Shown here: positions 10,261-19,426 of the stretch, in pieces | How positions within the stretch are numbered: the stretch's first letter is position 1 | Layout of the letters: every line of letters starts with the position of its first letter | Origin: an uncultured Pelagibacteraceae bacterium | GTDB taxonomy: Bacteria; Pseudomonadota; Alphaproteobacteria; Pelagibacterales; Pelagibacteraceae | Length of the DNA: 64,000 nucleotides | Reading direction: 5' to 3' | Assembly: GCA_902594605.1 (NCBI GenBank) | Contig: CACJMR010000001.1 | Coordinates: forward strand, 76,794-140,793 | Position numbers and translations under genes: made by a program | Notes under the pieces: generated by a model | Told to the model about the DNA's origin: nothing | Database searches by the model: none | The model's input: the letters and a program-made list of their open reading frames with translations, nothing else

Positions 10261-10780
10261 TTTCTGTTAAAAAAGATTCTGGATGAAATTGAAATCCATA
10301 TATTTTGTTTTGATTATCCTCAAGGCCCATAGGTATTTTTGTTTTACTACATCTCATAGTTATTTTAATTGAAGTCGATTTGAATGGCTCCATTAATTTT
10401 AATGAATGATATCTACCAACTTTAAATTGTTGGTTATTTTTAAAGATTTTACTTTGATTATTTATTTTTATTTTGGATTGAAATCCATGATATATTCTTT
10501 TTTGCTGTATGATTTTACCTCCTTCATTATACAAAATCATTTGATAACCAAGACAAATACCAATAATTTTTTTCTTTCCTTTATATTTTTTATAAATTTT
10601 TGATGTTATTGGATAATCTTTTGGTGATCCAGGTCCTGGTGATAAAACGATCGCATCACTTTTATCAAGCGATTTATGATTTACTTCATAATAGTTTGCA
10701 CAAATTACTTTATCAAATTTTGCAAATTGATGAACCACATTCCAAGTAAAAGAATCTTGATGATCAATTATGTAAATCAT
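10223..10780 (-). CDS. pabA: Aminodeoxychorismate/anthranilate synthase component II (glutamine amidotransferase)
   Basis: IDHQDSFTWN, LSPGPGSP, GICLG, RYHSL and QFHPES motifs. Confidence 0.85.
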   Translation of the reverse strand: MIYIIDHQDSFTWNVVHQFAKFDKVICANYYEVNHKSLDKSDAIVLSPGPGSPKDYPITSKIYKKYKGKKKIIGICLGYQMILYNEGGKIIQQKRIYHGFQSKIKINNQSKIFKNNQQFKVGRYHSLKLMEPFKSTSIKITMRCSKTKIPMGLEDNQNKIYGFQFHPESFLTENGNILIKKILSA

Positions 10781-11991
10781 TTAAATAACTCCAGTAAAGA
10801 TTTTGCTTTAATATAATTTTCATTGAACTCTTTCTTTGGTGAGCTATCTAATACTACTCCAGATGCTGCGGATATCTCTGATTGATTTTTATAATTTAAT
10901 ATAGATCTAATAATAATATTAAATTTCATATCTTGATTAAATTTAATTAATCCAAAACTACCTGTAAAAATATTTCTACTTTCCTTTTCTTGATTATTTA
11001 AAAGTTCTAATGTTCTAATTTTAGGGCAACCAATTACGGATCCTCCCGGCATCATTGCTTTAATGATATCAATCAATTTTGTATTTTTATTTAATATTCC
11101 GCCTATTGAAGTCACATAATGAAAAAGATGCTTGTATTCCTCAACATATTTTTTTTTGAGTATTTTAACACTTCCTGGTTTACAAATTTTAGATAAATCA
11201 CTTCTTTCCATATCAACTATCATGTTGTGTTCTTTGGTTTCTTTCTCATTATTTTTAAAATATTTAAGAGCTATATTTTTATTAGAAGAGTATTTTTTCT
11301 TAAATGTACCAGCAATTGGTTTTGTAATTATTTTGTTTTTTTTCTTATCTATCAATGTTTCAGGGGAGCAACTTACTATAGAATAATCCTTGTCTTTTAT
11401 CATAAATGACTCTGGGGAAGCGTTAACACGCATTAATTTCCAAAAAAAATTAATAGGATTAATTAAAGATTTATTTTTATATTTTGTACAAATTTTAATT
11501 TGATAAGTTTCACCTTGTCTTATTTTTTTTGAAAATAATTCAAATATTTTTTTATATTTTTCATAAGAAATATTAATCTTAAAGGGACTTAGTATTTGAG
11601 TTTTGCTGAATTGATAATTAAAAGTATGTTTTTTTATATTAGATATAACTTTAATATCTTTTCTAATTTTAATTATCGTCTCAGGTTTATAAAATACCCC
11701 TTTATAAAAATTTATCCTTTTTTTATTTTTTAAATTAATACCAATTAAATTACATAAAATTTCGTATCCAAAAAAACCAAGATATAAATCTGTTTCTTTT
11801 TTGTATTTTTTATTCTCTAACGAGTTAAGAAAATTATGTATATTTTTTTTTGTTAAAACAATTTTTTTTGAAAAATCAGTGTAAATATTATACCCGTCAT
11901 CTACTTTATAAATAATTAAAGGTTTATCTGATTGATACAGATCCTCTAGATAAGGGTTAAATTTAAACTTATGCTGGTTGAGTTCTTTCAA
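10777..11991 (-). CDS. pabB: Aminodeoxychorismate synthase component I (chorismate-binding)
   Basis: SCSPETL, TKPIAGT, EHNMIVDMERSDL and PGGSVIGCPK motifs. Confidence 0.82.
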   Translation of the reverse strand: MKELNQHKFKFNPYLEDLYQSDKPLIIYKVDDGYNIYTDFSKKIVLTKKNIHNFLNSLENKKYKKETDLYLGFFGYEILCNLIGINLKNKKRINFYKGVFYKPETIIKIRKDIKVISNIKKHTFNYQFSKTQILSPFKINISYEKYKKIFELFSKKIRQGETYQIKICTKYKNKSLINPINFFWKLMRVNASPESFMIKDKDYSIVSCSPETLIDKKKNKIITKPIAGTFKKKYSSNKNIALKYFKNNEKETKEHNMIVDMERSDLSKICKPGSVKILKKKYVEEYKHLFHYVTSIGGILNKNTKLIDIIKAMMPGGSVIGCPKIRTLELLNNQEKESRNIFTGSFGLIKFNQDMKFNIIIRSILNYKNQSEISAASGVVLDSSPKKEFNENYIKAKSLLELFK

Positions 11992-13189
11992 TTGCTTTCT
12001 CTACTATAGGTAAATGTATCAGACCTGCAAAAATTGATAATGCGATAGATCCGTACCATGCATAATCAAAATTTCCATTTAACTCATAAAATACACCACC
12101 TAGATATGCTCCTAGGAAAGAACCAATTTGATGGCTTACAAAAACTATTCCATATAACATTCCAACATATTTTGTACCAAATATGTGTGCAACAATTCCA
12201 TTTGTTGGAGGAACTGTGGATAACCATAAAAAACCAAAAGTAACTCCAAACACTACCGAGTTAAATATACTTGGTGGTAAGAAAATAAAATAAATTATGG
12301 AAACTCCTCTTAAAAGATAAATAGCACTTAAAATTTTTTTCTTACTATACCTTGTTGCTAAATAACCGCTGGTAATCGTACCAGCCATATTAAATACACC
12401 AATCAAAGCTAAAACCATTGCAGGTGTCCAGTCAGGCAAACCTTTGTCTGCCATATAAGTAGGAATGTGTGTTGCTACTAAAGCAATATGCCAACCACAA
12501 ACAAAAAAACCTAAAGTGAGATAAATAAAACTTTTGTTTGCAAATGCCTCTTTTAAAGCATCTCTTGCTGTTTGATTATTGTCTTGATTAACTCCTACAG
12601 GTATTTTTGGAGTACTAACAAACAAAGCTACCACTAGTCCTAATCCTAAAAGAAGAGAAAAATATAAAAGAGTATTTTCCCAGCCTGTTTCAACTAAGGA
12701 ATATCTTACAAGTAAAGGTGATACAAAATATCCAAATGAACCTGCACATGTAACAATTCCTGTTGCAATAGTTCTATTAGATGCTGGAAAATGTTTAGCT
12801 ACTACTGATACTGGAATACCTATTGCAGTAGAGCCTAAGCCTATCCCAATCATCACTCCTATAGTTAAAGTAAAATAACCTCCAGTATTGTAGCCAGAAT
12901 AAAAAAGCAAAACACCAACTAAATAAAAAACAAAACCAATAAATATTGCAACAGCTCCTCCATATTTATCAGTAATTACACCAAACAACGGACTGAATAC
13001 TCCCCAAAGTAATAACTGCAATCCCATAACAAATCCAAAATGGGAAATGGAAATATCTAAGTCAGTATTAAAATCAAAATAAAACAATCCAAAGGTCTGT
13101 CTTATTCCTAAAGAAATAATTACAACTATAGAAGCAGCAATTAAAGTGATTAGTGCTTTTTTGCTAATAGTAAAACTTTCTGAACTCAT
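11969..13189 (-). CDS. MFS transporter
   Basis: About 12 TM segments, GVITDKYG loop motif. Confidence 0.9.
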   Translation of the reverse strand: MSSESFTISKKALITLIAASIVVIISLGIRQTFGLFYFDFNTDLDISISHFGFVMGLQLLLWGVFSPLFGVITDKYGGAVAIFIGFVFYLVGVLLFYSGYNTGGYFTLTIGVMIGIGLGSTAIGIPVSVVAKHFPASNRTIATGIVTCAGSFGYFVSPLLVRYSLVETGWENTLLYFSLLLGLGLVVALFVSTPKIPVGVNQDNNQTARDALKEAFANKSFIYLTLGFFVCGWHIALVATHIPTYMADKGLPDWTPAMVLALIGVFNMAGTITSGYLATRYSKKKILSAIYLLRGVSIIYFIFLPPSIFNSVVFGVTFGFLWLSTVPPTNGIVAHIFGTKYVGMLYGIVFVSHQIGSFLGAYLGGVFYELNGNFDYAWYGSIALSIFAGLIHLPIVEKAIERTQPA

Positions 13190-14364
13190 TTAATAAATTT
13201 TAATGCTTGTTTTATATCATCTATAATATCTTTAGGATCTTCAAGTCCAATATGCATCCTTATTATATGTTCATCTTTATTTATATGTGTAAATTGTCTC
13301 TTACCTAGTGCTTGGTGTGTTTGATAGAGTGCTAAGCTTTCGAAACCTCCCCAACTAAATCCATACCCAAAAAGTTTTAAAGAATTAACAAATTTTAACA
13401 CTGAGTTTTTATTTTTTGATTTTATTTTAAATCCTAATAAACCTGATGCTCCAGAATAATATTTTTTCCATAATTTATAATTTTGACTACCTTTTTTATA
13501 TGGATAAAAAACTTTAATTATTTTTTTCTGTTTTGATAAAAACTTAGAGACTTTAAGTGCATTTTCCTGATGTTTTTCCAATCTTACATCTAAAGTTCGA
13601 ATACCTCTTAGAATTAAATACGCATCATCAGGACCTAATCTTAATCCTGAAACTTTATTTGTTGCTTCTACTAATTTAAAAACTCGTTTACTTATAGCTA
13701 AACTGCCACCCATTACATCTGAGTGACCGGAATAATATTTCGTTGCAGAGACAATCGACATATCAAAACCTAGCTTTATTGGTTTCAGAAAATAAGGTGT
13801 TCCCCAAGTGTTATCTATGGCTGTATAAATTTTATTTTTTTTTGCCAATGCAACTATTTTAGATAAATCTTGAAATTCAAAAGTATTGCTTCCAGGATTT
13901 TCAACAAAAATAAGCTTTGTTTTTTTTGTAATCTTTCTTTTTAGATCATTAAAGTCATTTGGATTATAAAATATTGCTCTGATATTAAATTTTTTAAGGT
14001 ATGTTTCTGTTAAAAGTCTTGATGGCGAGTAAACTGAGTCTGTAACAAGTATTTCATCATCTGGTTTCACAACGCTTAACACACCAAGAAATATTGCACC
14101 AAAACCAGTAGGAGTTAAATAAACCTTATAACATTCTTCAATTTTTCTTAAAATTTGTTGTAATGCATATGTTGTGGATGTTCCCTGACGACCATAATCA
14201 AAATTTCCACTTACTGGATCTTTCAAATATTTATTCTGAGTTTTTTTAATATCCTGCATAGATTTAAAAATAATAGTAGAAGCTCTAACCACAGGAGGAT
14301 TTACTGACTGATTATGAAAATCTTTAGCTGTATGTTTCAGGAAAGTCTTGAAGGAATTACCCAT
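13186..14364 (-). CDS. metC: Cystathionine beta-lyase (PLP transsulfuration family)
   Basis: VNPPVVRAST, YGRQGT, DNTWGT, SATKYYSGHSD and GFSWGGFESL motifs. Confidence 0.88.
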   Translation of the reverse strand: MGNSFKTFLKHTAKDFHNQSVNPPVVRASTIIFKSMQDIKKTQNKYLKDPVSGNFDYGRQGTSTTYALQQILRKIEECYKVYLTPTGFGAIFLGVLSVVKPDDEILVTDSVYSPSRLLTETYLKKFNIRAIFYNPNDFNDLKRKITKKTKLIFVENPGSNTFEFQDLSKIVALAKKNKIYTAIDNTWGTPYFLKPIKLGFDMSIVSATKYYSGHSDVMGGSLAISKRVFKLVEATNKVSGLRLGPDDAYLILRGIRTLDVRLEKHQENALKVSKFLSKQKKIIKVFYPYKKGSQNYKLWKKYYSGASGLLGFKIKSKNKNSVLKFVNSLKLFGYGFSWGGFESLALYQTHQALGKRQFTHINKDEHIIRMHIGLEDPKDIIDDIKQALKFIK

Positions 14365-14371
14365 AATAAAT

Positions 14372-14400
14372 TTGATATGTTATTAAGACAATGCTATATC
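14372..14400 (+). promoter_or_regulatory. Putative sigma70 promoter TTGATA-N17-TATATC with TGn extension
   Basis: Consensus-like hexamers at 17-nt spacing upstream of the small basic ORF at 14437. Confidence 0.5.
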
Positions 14401-14436
14401 CCATGAAAAACGTCAATAAAATTAAAATAGGACTAA

Positions 14437-14520
14437 ATGAGTTACCCAAAGAAACATAGAGGCCGAAGAAAACAAGGGTCTAAAAAAAGAAGAGCTAAAA
14501 GAAAAAATAAGAAGAAATAG
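14437..14520 (+). CDS. 27-aa highly basic microprotein MSYPKKHRGRRKQGSKKRRAKRKNKKK
   Basis: ATG 14437 to TAG 14520, AGGA RBS at 14429-14432, upstream promoter; fills the metC-mnmA gap; below the ORF-track cutoff. Confidence 0.6.
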   Translation: MSYPKKHRGRRKQGSKKRRAKRKNKKK

Positions 14521-14528
14521 TTCTTCTG

Positions 14529-15647
14529 CTATTCTTTAATCCAACCACCACCAAGCACTTTGTGGCCAAACTGGTCTTTACGATAAAAAACACATGCCTG
14601 ACCAGGTGAAATGCCATCTTCAGGAATTGTTAAATTAACTTTAGCATTATTGTTATTTATAAGATCAACTTTTGCCTCTAGAAGACTTCCAGTAGATCTA
14701 ACTTTAACAAATAAATTTTGATCTAAATCTTCTTTGTTAGTTAATAAATTTATTTCCTTTAAAGAAATTGTTTTTTTTCCAAGTTTTTCTTTAGGTCCAA
14801 CTATTATTTCATTTTTATCCGAATTTATCTTTAACACATAAAGAGCTTCTTTATCTGAAACTTTAATTCCTTTTCTTTGTCCAATTGTAAAATTAATAAT
14901 TCCATCATGAACACCAATAACATCACCATCTAAATTTTTTATATTTCCTTTCTGAAAGGAGTCTGGTCTAAACTTTTGTATTACTGAAGCATAATCACCA
15001 TTTGGAACAAAACATATGTCCTGACTATCAGGTTTATCAGCAACGTTTAAATCTAAATTTTTTGCGATTTCTCTAGTTTTGTCTTTTAACATTCCACCTA
15101 ATGGAAATCTTAAATAATCTAATTGTTCTCTAGTTGTATTGAATAAAAAATAACTTTGGTCTCTATTTTCATCTATGGCTCTATACATATTTGTAGTTTT
15201 ATTTTCAGTAATACTTTTTACATAATGGCCAGTAACTAATGCATCAGCTTTAAGTTCTTTTGAAACTTCAAATAAATCTTTAAATTTTACAGTTTGATTA
15301 CACTGAACACATGGAATTGGAGTTTCACCTTTTAAATAACTCTCAACAAAATTATCTATAACACCTTGCTTAAACTTGTCTTGGTAATATAAAATTTTAT
15401 GATCTATACCTAACTTATGTGCAACACGTTTAGCGTCCATTATGTCTTGACCTGAACAACATTGTTTTGACGCAGCTACTTCTTTACCATCGTCATAAAG
15501 TTTTAGTGTTATACCAATTACATTGTAACCTTCTTTTTTCATGATACCTGCTACGGTGGAAGAATCTACTCCACCCGACATTGCGACAACTATAGTAGTA
15601 TCTGAGGGTTTTTTATCTAATCCAATAGAATTTAAATCTTTATTCAT
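14529..15647 (-). CDS. mnmA: tRNA 2-thiouridine(34) synthase
   Basis: [32 protein letters not shown] and SPGQACVFY motifs. Confidence 0.97.
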   Translation of the reverse strand: MNKDLNSIGLDKKPSDTTIVVAMSGGVDSSTVAGIMKKEGYNVIGITLKLYDDGKEVAASKQCCSGQDIMDAKRVAHKLGIDHKILYYQDKFKQGVIDNFVESYLKGETPIPCVQCNQTVKFKDLFEVSKELKADALVTGHYVKSITENKTTNMYRAIDENRDQSYFLFNTTREQLDYLRFPLGGMLKDKTREIAKNLDLNVADKPDSQDICFVPNGDYASVIQKFRPDSFQKGNIKNLDGDVIGVHDGIINFTIGQRKGIKVSDKEALYVLKINSDKNEIIVGPKEKLGKKTISLKEINLLTNKEDLDQNLFVKVRSTGSLLEAKVDLINNNNAKVNLTIPEDGISPGQACVFYRKDQFGHKVLGGGWIKE

Positions 15648-15688
15648 AAGGTGGTATTTATACTTATTTACAATATAAGTTAAATTAA

Positions 15689-15859
15689 ATGATTTTAGAT
15701 TATGAACCAGGTGACAAAGTCACTAATCCACAAAAAAAAGAATGGGGAATTGGGCAAGTGCAATCTATAATTAAAGATAAAGTGACAGTTAATTTTGAAA
15801 ATGTCGGAAAAAAAGTAATTAACGCAAAAAACGTTGAATTAAAAAAACTGGGTAAATGA
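15689..15859 (+). CDS. DUF3553-like small protein (56 aa)
   Basis: [45 protein letters not shown]...; [12 protein letters not shown] pattern; 4-nt overlap with cysQ. Confidence 0.8.
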   Translation: MILDYEPGDKVTNPQKKEWGIGQVQSIIKDKVTVNFENVGKKVINAKNVELKKLGK

Positions 15860-16626
15860 AGGTAAACTTAAAAGAGATTGTTGAAAATTTAATTGATAAT
15901 TTTTTAGAGGCTGGAGATTTATCTATTCAATTAAGAGAAAAGGGTTTGGTGAAAAAAATAAAATCAGACAATACTCCGGTTAGTAATGGTGATTTAGAAG
16001 TAAATAAATTTATATCAAAAAAAATTTCAGAAGTTACTCCTACTTTACCTATCATTTCAGAGGAGACTTCTGAAAATAAAAATAACCTCAATTTAAAAGA
16101 TTTCTGGCTTGTTGATCCTATTGATGGAACTTACGATTATATTAATAATTTAGAAGAATTTACTATTAATGCTGGTTTGATAATTAATAATAAACCTGTT
16201 GCAGGATTAATAAATGCTCCTGCAAAAAAAAGAATGTTTTACTCATATGAAAAAGGTAATGCTTTTGAGTTTAGCAACGGTAAAAAAACAAACTTAAGCA
16301 ATTTACCTGTCAAGAAATCAGAAAATTTAAAATTTATTTCATACTCAACTAAAATAAAACCAGAAATTCAAAAAATTTATGATGATTTAGGGGTAAAAGA
16401 AAATATTAGAATGAAAAGTTCTTTGAAATTCTGTGTCGTTGCTGCTGGTGAATATGATGGTTATGTTGCTGAACCTAGGGCATATGAGTGGGATATAGCA
16501 GCTGGTCATGCAATTTTAGAACATGCGGGGGGAACTGTAAGTGATTTTGAAGGAAATGAAATTTTGTATGGAAAAAAAGATTTAAAAAATCCAAGTATAA
16601 TTTTGAAAAATAAAAATATTTTATAA
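15856..16626 (+). CDS. cysQ: 3'(2'),5'-bisphosphate nucleotidase (inositol monophosphatase family)
   Basis: ISEE, WLVDPIDGT, SSLKFC and EWDIAAGHAIL motifs. Confidence 0.88.
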   Translation: MKVNLKEIVENLIDNFLEAGDLSIQLREKGLVKKIKSDNTPVSNGDLEVNKFISKKISEVTPTLPIISEETSENKNNLNLKDFWLVDPIDGTYDYINNLEEFTINAGLIINNKPVAGLINAPAKKRMFYSYEKGNAFEFSNGKKTNLSNLPVKKSENLKFISYSTKIKPEIQKIYDDLGVKENIRMKSSLKFCVVAAGEYDGYVAEPRAYEWDIAAGHAILEHAGGTVSDFEGNEILYGKKDLKNPSIILKNKNIL

Positions 16627-16769
16627 TGGATGAACAATTAAGAATAATATTAATAATTATTGTTTCTGTTTCAATTTTTGGATTATTGGTATTTGTTTTT
16701 GTAAAAAATTATATAAGAAATAAAATAAATCTTCTTGTAAAAGAAGAAAAAGATAAAAAGTCAAAGTAG
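16626..16769 (+). CDS. Small single-TM protein (47 aa)
   Basis: MDEQLRIILIIIVSVSIFGLLVFVFVKNYIRNKINLLVKEEKDKKSK; TAATG coupling to the cysQ stop. Confidence 0.6.
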   Translation: MDEQLRIILIIIVSVSIFGLLVFVFVKNYIRNKINLLVKEEKDKKSK

Positions 16770-17324
16770 ATTTATTATTTTTAGATATTCATTTTTTTCT
16801 ATATCCATTACTTTTTTTGATGTTTCAAAATCAAAACCATTTCTTGCAAGTAAAGATATGTCTTTTTTATAAAATAAAGTTCTATTATCCTCTGCTCTAG
16901 CTGGACCAATTCTTTTCTTTTTACATAATTTTATTGCAGAAAAAAAATCTTGGTCCGAATTATCTTCTTTTATTTTATCGACTGTATCTTTAATAAACAT
17001 TTCATTAATTCCTTTTCCAATTAGATAATTTCTAATCTTATTAATTGAGTTTCCTCTTTGAATCATACTTTTAGCTTTACTTTCTGAATAAAATTGATCA
17101 TTTATAAATCTGTTTTTTTCTAAATCGGACAAAACAATATCAATTAATTTATTTACATCTTTTTTTCTTACATCAGACGCTGATAGTTTCATGTATTTTT
17201 TTAATAAATAAGTTTTGAGTTGTTGTTTTGAAGGAGCATACTTTTCAACATAAGCAAAGGCAAAATTACGCATCTCATCAACAGTTACTTGAAGTGTTTT
17301 TTTTCTATTTCTTATAGGAATCAT
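16761..17324 (-). CDS. recX: Regulatory protein RecX family
   Basis: AFAYVEKY, FINDQFYSE, LIGKGI, KKRIGP and LARNGF patterns. Confidence 0.8.
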   Translation of the reverse strand: MIPIRNRKKTLQVTVDEMRNFAFAYVEKYAPSKQQLKTYLLKKYMKLSASDVRKKDVNKLIDIVLSDLEKNRFINDQFYSESKAKSMIQRGNSINKIRNYLIGKGINEMFIKDTVDKIKEDNSDQDFFSAIKLCKKKRIGPARAEDNRTLFYKKDISLLARNGFDFETSKKVMDIEKNEYLKIINLL

Positions 17325-17350
17325 TGTTAGATTTAATATAATATATCCAA

Positions 17351-17824
17351 ATGATTGAACAAATTTATACTTATTTCACAATTGAGACACTTTACATGTG
17401 GATCAACCTTGGTGTTCTACCTTTTTGGTTTATCTTGATAGTGTTTCCTCAATCACATTTAAGTAGAATTTTTGTAACATCAATTTTTCCCTTTTTTATA
17501 TTAAGTGGTGTTTATATCTTCATTTTATATAAATCTTATTTAATTGGTTACGATTTTGATGGAAATTTCTCCCTTTATTTAGGTCTAAACGAGTTATCTA
17601 GATTATTTGAAGATCATTTGTATTTAATGATTTTTTGGACTCACTTTATAGCAATAAACTTATTTATTGGTGGTTGGATTGTTAAAGATTCTCAAAAGTT
17701 TTCTATAAATAAAGTTTTGATGGCTGTGCCATTAGTTGTGACTTATTTAATTGGTCCAATAGGTTTGTTTTTATACTGGATAATAAGAATCTTTTACGCA
17801 AAAAGAATTAGTTTATATGAGTAA
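17351..17824 (+). CDS. ABA4-like (DUF4281) membrane protein
   Basis: VLPFW, FWTHFIAINLFIGGWI and GPIGL motifs. Confidence 0.8.
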   Translation: MIEQIYTYFTIETLYMWINLGVLPFWFILIVFPQSHLSRIFVTSIFPFFILSGVYIFILYKSYLIGYDFDGNFSLYLGLNELSRLFEDHLYLMIFWTHFIAINLFIGGWIVKDSQKFSINKVLMAVPLVVTYLIGPIGLFLYWIIRIFYAKRISLYE

Positions 17825-18395
17825 TCATATAGATTTCTATTTCGATATAATTAGCCCATATGCATATATTGCACACAAAAAAATTCTTAAACATAAAAAT
17901 ATCATATTTAATTACAAACCAGTCTATTTAGGTGGTCTTCATAAGCTAGCTGGAATTGATTCTCCTGCATTTAATAAATATAAATTGAAAAATAATATAA
18001 ACGATTGCAATTTGGTATCCGAAAAAAATAATATTGAATTCAAATGGAATTCTAATTTTCCAATAAATTCTTTAAATATAATGAGAGGATATATTAGTGT
18101 TAGTAAGGACAAGCAAAACGATTACTTAAATTGTTTTTTTGATGCTTATTGGAAAGATAATCATGACTTATCAAATGTTGAGAATATGTCTAAATTAATA
18201 AGGGATTTAAATATTGATAGCGAAGAATTTTTTCAATCCATAAAAAAACAATCTGTTAAGGATCAATTGATTAAATTAACCACTGATGCTTTCAAAAAAG
18301 AAGTTTTTGGAACTCCAACTTTTATAGTTAATAATAAAATTTTTTGGGGACAAGATAGACTTGAATATGCTTTAGAAGAAATTGGTACTAATTAA
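17817..18395 (+). CDS. 2-hydroxychromene-2-carboxylate isomerase / GST-kappa (DsbA-like) family
   Basis: FYFDIISPYAY, FPINS and VFGTPTF...FWGQDRL motifs. Confidence 0.88.
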   Translation: MSNHIDFYFDIISPYAYIAHKKILKHKNIIFNYKPVYLGGLHKLAGIDSPAFNKYKLKNNINDCNLVSEKNNIEFKWNSNFPINSLNIMRGYISVSKDKQNDYLNCFFDAYWKDNHDLSNVENMSKLIRDLNIDSEEFFQSIKKQSVKDQLIKLTTDAFKKEVFGTPTFIVNNKIFWGQDRLEYALEEIGTN

Positions 18396-18775
18396 ATTAT
18401 TTTAAAGTTACTACTAGCTATAGAACCAAACCCACCATCAATATGAGATACTTTTTGATATCCCATATCCTTTAAGGATTTGACAGCTAAAGCTGATCTT
18501 ACGCCTCCTGCACAAAATAAAACAAATTCTTTATTTTTGTCTATTTGTCCATTTTGAAATATTGGGCTATTAGGATCTAGATATACTTCAAGCATTCCTC
18601 TTGGTATATGGCTTGCTCCTTCAACACTGCCGGTGTTTTCTAGTTCATTACTTTCTCTTATATCAATAAGATTACAATTTTTATTTTGAACCATTTGATA
18701 AGCTTTTTCTGCATCAATTGTTTTAATTTCACTCATAGCCTCAGAAACTAAATTTTGAATTGTTTTAATGCTCAT
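18392..18775 (-). CDS. Rhodanese-like sulfurtransferase
   Basis: LIDIRE, HIPRGMLE and FCAGGVRSA active loop. Confidence 0.9.
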   Translation of the reverse strand: MSIKTIQNLVSEAMSEIKTIDAEKAYQMVQNKNCNLIDIRESNELENTGSVEGASHIPRGMLEVYLDPNSPIFQNGQIDKNKEFVLFCAGGVRSALAVKSLKDMGYQKVSHIDGGFGSIASSNFKII

Positions 18776-18821
18776 AATTTTATTTTAAATTACCTCAAAA
18801 AGATTATATTGCCATAAAATT

Positions 18822-19298
18822 ATGTTAAAAATTAACTCTAAAGCTCCAGCATTTGTAGTTCCATCAACAACAAATAATAAATACTCATTAAAAGATTCAA
18901 TTGGGAAATATGTTGTTTTGTACTTCTATCCTAAAGATGACACTCCTGGATGTACTATTGAAACTAATGATTTTAACAAACTTTTTTCTAAATTTAAAAA
19001 GTTAGATTGTGAAGTATATGGGGTTTCAAAGGATAGTTTAAAAAGTCATAATAAATTTAGAGACAAATATAAAATCAAATTTGATTTACTTGCTGACGAA
19101 GAAATAAAAGTTCTTAAAAAATATGAAGTTTGGGGGAAGAAAAAATTTATGGGTCGTGAATTTATGGGAATAATTAGATCGACTTATTTAATTGATAAAA
19201 AAGGTAAAATACTTAAAGTTTGGGATAATGTTAAAGTAAAAGACCATGCTAAGGAAGTATTAGAAACTCTCCAAAATATTATAAAAAATAAAAAATAA
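18822..19298 (+). CDS. bcp: Peroxiredoxin Bcp/PrxQ
   Basis: LYFYPKDDTPGCTIE motif. Confidence 0.93.
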   Translation: MLKINSKAPAFVVPSTTNNKYSLKDSIGKYVVLYFYPKDDTPGCTIETNDFNKLFSKFKKLDCEVYGVSKDSLKSHNKFRDKYKIKFDLLADEEIKVLKKYEVWGKKKFMGREFMGIIRSTYLIDKKGKILKVWDNVKVKDHAKEVLETLQNIIKNKK

Positions 19299-19414
19299 AG
19301 ACCCCTTATTTCTAAGGGGCCTTTAGTTAACTAACTAGAGAGAGAGATTTTAGTTAATTCTTTTTATTAGAGGCTCTTCAATGAGATAACGACATGGAGA
19401 TCGAAGAGCCTCTA
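19290..19414 (-). ncRNA. Putative structured amtB 3'-UTR / small RNA (three hairpins)
   Basis: 12-bp stem 19368-19414, 9-bp stem with AAAUCUCUCUCUC loop at about 19329-19359, then the terminator. Confidence 0.4.
19297..19324. terminator. Intrinsic terminator between convergent bcp and amtB
   Basis: AAAGACCCCTTA-TTTC-TAAGGGGCCTTT stem-loop, U-tract on the minus strand. Confidence 0.8.
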
Positions 19415-19426
19415 TATTGCATACAA

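Noticed and set aside
9517-14364. Very AT-rich, Lys-rich pab/metC genes as a horizontally acquired island
   Set aside because: Core genes such as miaA and glyS show the same bias, which fits compositional drift; no mobility genes
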